A stretch of 46,151 nt of DNA from Candidatus Xenobia bacterium. Its GTDB lineage: Bacteria; Vulcanimicrobiota; Xenobia; Xenobiales; QWHO01. A program made the position numbers and the translations under genes. Every line of letters starts with the position of its first letter. Position 1 is the first letter of the stretch. Below the pieces are notes generated by a model. That model ran no database searches, was not told the DNA's origin, and was given only the letters and a program-made list of their open reading frames with translations. The stretch is taken from the NCBI GenBank assembly GCA_045863235.1, contig BTUM01000065.1, positions 1 to 46,151 of the forward strand. Direction: 5' to 3'. Positions 45,854-46,151 of this stretch are shown here, piece after piece.

Positions 45854-46151
45854 GTGCTGATTGACGATGTGGGGGGAGTCTACGGGCCGTATCCGACAAC
45901 GTCGTCCTCACCCGCCTCTCCTCCCCCCGAGCCACTCGTCTTCGAAGAGCCCAAGGTCGAGTATCTGGTCGACTTCTCCGAATCAGCTTTGAGCGATTGG
46001 GAGCTGGCCGCTCAAGACCTCATCGCATCCGACGAGGCCAGCAAGGCGGCCGCTCCGCCCGAGGAGCCCGCGGCCCTGCCCGACTGGGAGCTGGCTGCTC
46101 ACGACCTCATCGCCGCCGACGAGGCCAGCAAAGCGGCTGGTCCGCCCGCGG
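45854..46151 (+). CDS. hypothetical protein with 29-aa tandem repeat (runs off right edge)
   Basis: Manual translation: MLIDDVGGVYGPYPTTSSSPASPPPEP...DWELAAQDLIASDEASKAAAPPEEPAALP-DWELAAHDLIAADEASKAAGPP; 87-bp repeat at 45995 and 46082. Confidence 0.6.
   Translation, partial: MLIDDVGGVYGPYPTTSSSPASPPPEPLVFEEPKVEYLVDFSESALSDWELAAQDLIASDEASKAAAPPEEPAALPDWELAAHDLIAADEASKAAGPPA

Noticed and set aside
1..46151. tRNA/rRNA genes, prophage, transposase or secretion apparatus genes
   Set aside because: None recognised by eye; a tRNAscan/Rfam run would be needed to exclude small RNAs

Overview
A GC-rich bacterial chromosomal segment of about 50 genes. I see no rRNA, tRNA or CRISPR array. Housekeeping blocks are: an OPT transporter, glycerate kinase, GT2, deoC, ppk1 and ppx-sixA; a coupled operon (DHH/CBS tRNA nucleotidyltransferase, site-2 protease, scpA, scpB, PTP phosphatase, bolA, grxD, Ser/Thr kinase); crotonase-sodC-DUF2314; vapBC; and a PIG-L deacetylase-nagB-phosphohexomutase cluster. 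The most interesting signal is a scattered set of effector-like orphan genes. (i) Four of them share a precisely spaced upstream motif, TT(C/G)AG/AACAG-N6-TTCAG-N10-(T/C)ANNN(T/C). (ii) These and several others start with an M-x-I type N-terminus and a Pro/Ala-rich leader with no Sec signal. They include DeoC, an ATPase-degenerate soluble FtsH-like protease, a permuted NlpC/P60 enzyme and an M50-like peptidase. (iii) Two unrelated large proteins end in the same SGVxxxAxxVx[VI]G[GS]VR[LV]xxR tail. Together this suggests a co-regulated, non-Sec export/effector system (inference; no secretion apparatus is in the window). Also present: a dispersed multi-hairpin REP-like element, usually starting at stop codons (5 copies, one flanked by a 32-bp duplication); a DUF222/HNH gene with two LexA-like boxes; a signal-peptide-bearing L7/L12 C-terminal domain; and many 46-87 bp minisatellites. 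The gene style reminds me of Ca. Eremiobacterota/Vulcanimicrobiota, but that is an unverified guess. All family calls come from motif recognition by eye, not from database searches.
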